Part shown: positions 57,211 to 64,000 of the stretch, in pieces
How positions within the stretch are numbered: the stretch's first letter is position 1
How the letters are laid out: the number at the start of each line of letters is the position of its first letter
NCBI RefSeq assembly: GCF_009914755.1
Contig: NC_060939.1
Source of the DNA: the human T2T-CHM13v2.0 reference genome, Homo sapiens
DNA: 64,000 nucleotides
Strand: one strand, 5' to 3'
Notes under the pieces: model-generated
Told to the model about the DNA's origin: nothing
What the model saw: only the letters and a program-made list of their open reading frames with translations
Databases searched by the model: none
Position numbers and translations under genes: made by a program

Positions 57211-59583
57211 CTCCATGTATCCTGACTTCTTCTTTTTTATTGAAAGAGGTCCTTCTCCTACTGGCCGTGAGTTTTCAATCCTGCATGTTTGTTAATCCAT
57301 TGCCAATGGAAACGACCAGACAAGAGGAAGATTAGGAATGTCGTGTTGGTTTTTGGAATGGCATTTCTCAAAGAATATTGGGATGAACACTGATTCAGTC
57401 AGAGATTTAAAGGTGTTGTGGTCAAAAGAAAATTTTGAAGTTCAGTTAAATGAAGCTAAACAGCTTTATTTCTTTTAGCATAGGGGTTGTCAGAAATTTA
57501 AGTAAGCTAATATGCATTTGAATCTTTGAAAAGACACCGAAGAATATATAAGGACACACACATTAAACAGCAATGATTTTTTTGGGAAATAATCCCAAGG
57601 CTAGTGTCCCTTTTAGCACATTTTGGGAGTGCTGGATTAGAAAAGTCATCTCAGATTCCAGGTAAATAAATTACTTCTTTTCTTTATGGCAGACTTGCTG
57701 TAATGAGAAGAAATAAACATTACTAAACTCATCAAGGTTCGGGTAAAATTTCAGTGCTGTCACTCATCAGCCATGTTGACTGGGACGTATTATTTAGTAG
57801 TATCAGTACTATGTTATCTCATCTGCAAGAAGGTGGTAACAATCTCGAAAGAATAAAACTTTTGTTGAGGACTGAGAAAAATGGAAAGCACTTAGCGTAG
57901 TACTTGGCAGGCAGTTGGCATTCAGTCAGTGATGATAACTTTTCTTTCCCCCACAACTTGATCTGAGTCTTTGCTTTCCATTCCTGGACTACTGAAGACA
58001 ATTTCTAAAGATAACACTTGTCAATGGCCCTCATCCAAGAGAATATCACACAAATATGATCTGCAGAGCACAGGGTATAACAGTTCTCACACATTGTGGA
58101 AATGTCAAGGTTTATTATGCCCCTGTGACATATTGCCATGGCTTAATTTACATTTCCATTTGCTTTATGAGAAGTTTCTTACTCTGGAACATCTGACCTC
58201 TCCTTGATGCCTCTTTTATTCTTCAAACTGCTTTCCTAGCCCATCTGGCCACATATTCTAACCCTTCACTTCTGAACCTGAAATCTAATGAAGCAAGAGT
58301 ATAAAACAAGCCTCATTTCATTACTCTGCATTTTGTGAGCCAGTGGTTTCAACAGTGTATAGTTATGGGACCATTATAGTACTTTTCCTATGGGAATATC
58401 TAATGGCCTTCTGTGGAACAATTTTCTTCTTCTTTTGACCTCTATCTTAATATAATCATTCAAAGGATATTCAGTGCTTTGTGCCAAATTTTAGCCATGA
58501 CAAACTACTTCAAGATTTCAACTTCATAAGCAAGAGAGACATATTTTCATAAAATGCTTTTTTCCCCCACTTAAGTTAGGTGCTTATTTTATTAAAATGA
58601 GAAACTCAGTTGACATTTTCTACACTCAAACCCCTTTTTAATGGGAGAAAGGGTTGAGAGAGAGAAAAGGAAGGGAGGAAAGAAAAGCAAAAGAAGGTAT
58701 GTATGCACACCCAAATACTTTTTAAGAAATAGGAACTGTCTCTCAAACTTGATTTTTTTTCCTTTGGCAAAGAAGGGAACCATGCATCTTCATGGGCAAA
58801 GTCAAGGTTGGCATATTTGACTCCCATCTGGCTGGGGGCCAAAGTGTAGATGAACAAGCCATTATTTAATTAGTCCAGGCAGAACCGAAGCTTCTGATCT
58901 GTTTATCTTACTTCATCTAAGGTAATCAGGATCTGCCATTATGTGAGACTAGCGTGGCTATGTGCAGATATTTCAAGCAGGTGACAGACTGGCAACCGGC
59001 CTTCCCCAGGTAAGATGAAAGAAACCAAAAGAGGATCCAAGTATTATTGGGAGCTTCAACCACACTGTGGGCCTTAAAAGAATTTCAAAGAGAAGGTCTC
59101 ATTTAGTTTAGTCCTTACCATGGTCCCGTGACATAAATACCAATCATTTCACTCACAGGTGAAGAAAAGGAGGCTCAGAAAAGCTGAGCAACTTTTCCAG
59201 GGTCACAGAGCAAATGATTGGCAGGCAGAGGCTGCAAATCTAATTCTATCTGCTTAGACTTAAGGGTTCCGGGCACTAAGCAACCCTGCTTTTCACTCAC
59301 ATTACATCTTTTGGCTGCTACAGGCCATTGTTTACTCCTGGAGACTTCTCATTCGGCTCTGCAAATTCCATTTTATTTTTTTTTTTAATGAGAAATCATT
59401 TATTTTTTGACTACCTTTCCAAGTACCTGGATAATCCCTAAAAGTAGTACTCATAAACCCATGGAGAAGTTGTAAGACCTGATGTTTTTCTTGTAGTAGA
59501 TGGAGTATTTGCTATGAACGGCAACATGATGGCTTATTTCCAAGGACTTTCCTCTCTTGCTCTCCTCCTTTCCCCGTCTCCTC

Positions 59584-59631
59584 ATACACACACAGACACA
59601 CACACACACACACACACACACACCACACACA
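59584..59631. repeat. (CA)n microsatellite
   Basis: Direct inspection. Confidence 0.95.
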
Positions 59632-60883
59632 TTCATGCTCTCGATCTCACATGCACATATGGCTCACTTGCCCTAAATACAGTGAAAGAGATTTTACATT
59701 ATTTAATTCATTTTGAGAGAGAGACTGACTTGATTCCTGCTGGTGATTAGCATGACTACAAATGCATGTGAAGCAGGACGGATGGCTAATTCTCCTGCCC
59801 TACAATTCAACTTAAACCATAATTCCTAAGATAGATTTCTTCTCTCAATATTAATGGGAACCAGATGCCTCTTGTTAATAATAATGTATGCTCAGGAAAA
59901 GAGAGACAGAGAGATTTTTTTTGTTTTGTTTTTCAAAAAATATTAGTGCTGTCTAGCAAGGAAGAATGTATAATTTATACTTAAAAATATATATTTGTGT
60001 TGAAATATAGATTTGTATTGAAAAATGTATATTTGTATGGAAATATAGATTTGTATTGATAATCTACCATCATTCAGGTAAGACCTACCTACATTATTTA
60101 CCTCCCTGCAAGTAGGTAACATAGAATGTGAAAGAGACTTTTCTTTTGAATTTATGCACTTTGTTCTTTATTTAGTGATATGATTCTCTCTCTCATACAA
60201 TAAGAGATCAATACGAATGTTAACATGAGTTACTATTTTCCCACTTTATATGACATTTTAAATTTTAATTCCATTTGAGTTGTGATACTAACAGATGAGA
60301 AGGTACATGTGTTATTACCATGCAAATTATTTAATTTTTAATTAGGTCAATTCATAGGCAAAACAATACAAAATAAGGCTTATTCTGAAATAGTTACCTC
60401 ATTTAGAAATTTGAGCGTAGACTGGCCATTTGAACAAGCTTCCTTTATTTCCATTGCCATATGCGGTTGTTCAATTCTTTTCAAAATAAACTAAGTACTG
60501 CCTGCTGTGCACATGTGTTTGTCAGAACCATCCATTCTTGAGTAAGATTTAGGGGTAAAGCACACCAACCAGCAGCCTAATTATTCCAGAGTTTCAAGGT
60601 ATCCATTCACATGCTCCAATCTGTCCACACTAGAATGAGGGAAATCCCACTGTGTGTCCTTAGGCAAGTCCCTAGACATTGCTGTGTCTTGGTCTCCTCA
60701 CCTGTAAATGCTGGAAGACAATAATAGCTATCTCACATGATTCTCATGCAGTTTAGGTGAGAAAATACGTATCATTGTCTTCAGCAGCCCTTGGCATAAA
60801 ATAGGAGATTGATGCGCTTTGGCTGTAATAATTATGATATTATTAATCAAGCAAAATATAACACAACAATAATTTATTGTCCC

Positions 60884-61504
60884 TTTCACCTTAAAGGGAC
60901 AAATTATTCCCTTTTCAGATATTCTATAGCACAAATTTTCTGTGCAATCATAGAAGTGTTCAATTTGCTATCGCTTTGCTATATATCATGGTCTTACATG
61001 ATCACTGTCTCACATAATCATTTAATATATAATATTGTTATATATCATAATTATAATTTTTGTTTTGCTTGTAGCTGAATTTGTTCTCTGCATCACATCT
61101 GATAGTCATAAAATTCCAACAAATGGGATGAAACAGAAATGTGCAGCTAGATGTCATATTTTGGGCATCACTAGAGGGAGCCAGAGGTAACAGAGCAATC
61201 ACGTTTCCCAAAGTAAACTTCATTATGCATTAACAATATTTGCCAAATGTTGATAGCATATCTACAGTAAATACATTATGTAAACTTGTCCCTTGGTTCT
61301 AAAGATGTGTACAATATAATCACAGGTCTCAAGGAATTTATAATCTAATCAAAGAAACAAATAATATACATTAAAAACCCATTAAATGATCATGTAAGAC
61401 GATATATAGCAAAGCAATCACAAATTGAATGCTTCTACGATCTCTCAGACGATTTGTGCTATAGAATGCCTAAAAAGGAAATTATTTGTCCCTTTAAGGT
61501 GAAA
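60884..61504. repeat. Inverted duplication, arms 60884-61026 and 61381-61504
   Basis: Outer 59 bp differ at 7 positions; similarity continues to the inner ends. Confidence 0.9.
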
Positions 61505-62779
61505 TAACCTGGGAATGTTTCATGCATAAATACGGGCATTGAATAGGGTTTAGAGTACCAGAATCAGCATCCGGACTAGTGGAACCTTTAAAGGATGCAA
61601 GGAGTGATGCTGTGAATGTGCCCATCTCCCTCTCATGGAGGGCTCCTGTTTACTACTCTACTCCTTTATCCCTAGGGCATGGATCTGACTCAGCTACTCC
61701 CCATGTTAAATGTGGTAAATGGTTCCAACTGCTTCCTGGATTAAACTAAATGTTATAGCCTGGCATCACATGCCTACATTATTTTATTTAGAAGTAAGAA
61801 TGTAAAGGTATACTTTTCAAGTCAAGGTATAGCTTGACTATAAAAGGGGCTAGCAGGTCATGCGTGGGCTAAATGTTAGGGACAGCGGGGACCCACGGAA
61901 GGTTTTTGAGCAGTTGAGTATCTTGACTTAGTATCAGTATTAAAATAATTGTATAGGCACAAAATCGATGAATTTATTACCCAAAATTCTTATTCAATTC
62001 ACTACCTTAAATCCAACTCCACTCATTGGTAGAAATTGAGTTACCAGTAAAATGCTAGTTTTTATGCTTCTTCAAAATTAGTGTAAAAATATGAAAACCA
62101 AAAACAATGTCATAAATCTTTCAGGTGTCTTGTCTTCCTTATCCTTTTGGGGTCTGGGGATTGGGGCAGCAACCTTATCAATAGTGGAAGTTACTTTTCC
62201 TCACAGACCCATTCAACTTGGAGCATGCCAGTTGTGAAGGACAAGGTGTTATAGGTTTCCAAGAAATAGGAGCTTGAGAAATAAAGAAAGGAGTATCAAT
62301 GAAATTTAAAGGGATTTTTTTTCTCTCTCTTAGAAAAACCAAGAATTCACATAAGGTGAGGAACGCTAGTTACTGGAAGGGGAGGAGTGTAATTTCCAAA
62401 CAGCCTCATCACTGTACAGGATGATCAAGCAAAGCCTTATGATGGTACTGGCCCTTAAAAAACAGCCACTTGGAATAAAAAGTAGCCCTCATAGAGTTAA
62501 CTTATCTGTGAAAAACCCATTGTCACTTCCTAGATTCTGAGATTTCTAAAAGTATAAAATGTATCATGTAACTTGGAGTATCTAACATGACTTGAGTTTC
62601 CACTGAGCATGAAAGTCATTTTTACATCTTTTCAAGTATTAAAGCATGTTTTTAACACTCACTAGCCTACCGAATTCCCCTTCTAGCCTTTCCTATCTTC
62701 ATGGCACCCAACAGCTATTTTAGAGCAACTGTTCTACTCGAGGCACCCGGTAACTGCAGGAGATTTATGGAGAAACAAG

Positions 62780-63500
62780 TCATAGCCCTTGCTCACAAGC
62801 GGCTGAACTGACTAACCACAGGGATGATACAAGGAAACAAATGCCTATCATGTCCAAAGACTAAATAATATGTAGTGGAAATGCACTGGAGGAAGGCTTC
62901 TTGTCTCTTTTGAATTAAAACTCTGAAGAAATATTAAAGGTGGAGTAGATAGTAAAGACATGGGACTAGTAGATGAGCAGAAGCATCCTGGAGAAGGAAT
63001 AATCAGGGCGAATTTTAAAATGAAAACTGCGTGGAACATGTTCAGAGCACAGCAATACTCCAGTTCAGCTAGACGGGAGAATGCGTGAAGGGGAGAACTG
63101 AGAGGGACATCATGCGACAGCTAAATGGGATGAAAGCATTCAGGCCTGGGATACCCAGATACGATATTTGGGTTTATTTCAGAAAGCAGTCAGGAGTCGT
63201 TTAGAGCATTTGATGTGGCGAGTAGCTGAGTCCGAGTCACAACTCAGGAAAATTTAAAAATTAGTCATAAAATAACAAGTGAATGAGAAACGGGAAAACC
63301 CAGGTAGCAAGGAGACCAGAAATGTTGAGAGAAAGATATGAAGCCCAGATTTTGGGATATTACAGAGAAATGCAATGATTTTGATGTGCTAAAGACAGTT
63401 CAGACATGTTGAGCCTGGGAAACAGGAGAATTGACAGCGTTCATAACAGAAATCGGAAAGTTGGGAAAAGAGTTGGAAATTGGACTCTGGAGGTATGGGA
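62780..63500 (-). mobile_element. L2 fragment
   Basis: catagcccttgctcacaagc...ggaggaaggcttc...gagcctgggaaacaggagaattg. Confidence 0.6.
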
Positions 63501-63526
63501 TTACATAACTATATAGAGGAAGACAA

Positions 63527-63535
63527 TAGATAGAT

Positions 63536-63583
<48 letters not shown>
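63527..63583. repeat. (TAGA)2 TGA (TAGA)11 tetranucleotide STR
   Basis: Direct inspection. Confidence 0.95.
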
Positions 63584-64000
63584 TCTTGCACTAAGAAAGA
63601 AATATAGGCCTAGAACCAAAGAGAAAATTTAGGCAAAGATTACTTGTTTGGGGCCCTATCTTAGTGCATCACATATGAATGCTGCATCTGTGATTAAAAT
63701 TACATGAAATACCTAGTTTTGGTTTTTGCTAGGGTGCTTTTTGCTCTGCAAATATATTATGAATCTTATATCTGATTTTCTTTAAGTCAGTTGTCACTTG
63801 GTACTAAATTATGTCATGTCGTTAAGGATTTCACAACCTTTGTAACATCAACAATGGTACTGACCACTGTTGACCTGGTTGAATAGTAACTGACTGGTAA
63901 CATGAAAGCCATCTTCATGATCCCTCTAATCATCGACCCTGGAGATAACATTTAAATACAGTCAAAGCTTAAGCTGATTCATGCACTACTGCTAGAAGCA

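Overview
AT-rich primate (most likely human) genomic DNA, intronic or intergenic in character and roughly half interspersed repeats. These include Alu J/S/Y, L1PA/PB/MA/MC/ME fragments, L2, MIR, MaLR/ERVL/ERV1 LTRs, and hAT and mariner MITEs. No recognisable conserved protein-coding gene, tRNA, rRNA or CRISPR array is present; nearly all listed ORFs are Alu, L1 or simple-repeat artefacts. The main non-repeat signal is a set of minus-strand exons with canonical splice sites (37549-37481, 5621-5582, 1883-1696, 1396-1311). They join into one stop-free frame of about 120 codons, suggesting a lncRNA or a lineage-restricted small-ORF gene; inverted Alus flank the last two exons. Structural oddities include a 34-bp perfect palindrome, an AT-rich hairpin with 56-bp arms and an octamer in its loop, a ~130-bp inverted duplication with a fold-back junction, a miR-548-like MADE1 hairpin with co-varying arms, a twin-primed L1, two multi-layer transposon nests and a ~1-kb higher-order (TCTA)-derived VNTR. 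Repeat subfamily names come from recalled consensus sequences, and repeat boundaries are approximate unless TSDs are given. I found no firm evidence of a wholly new biological system.
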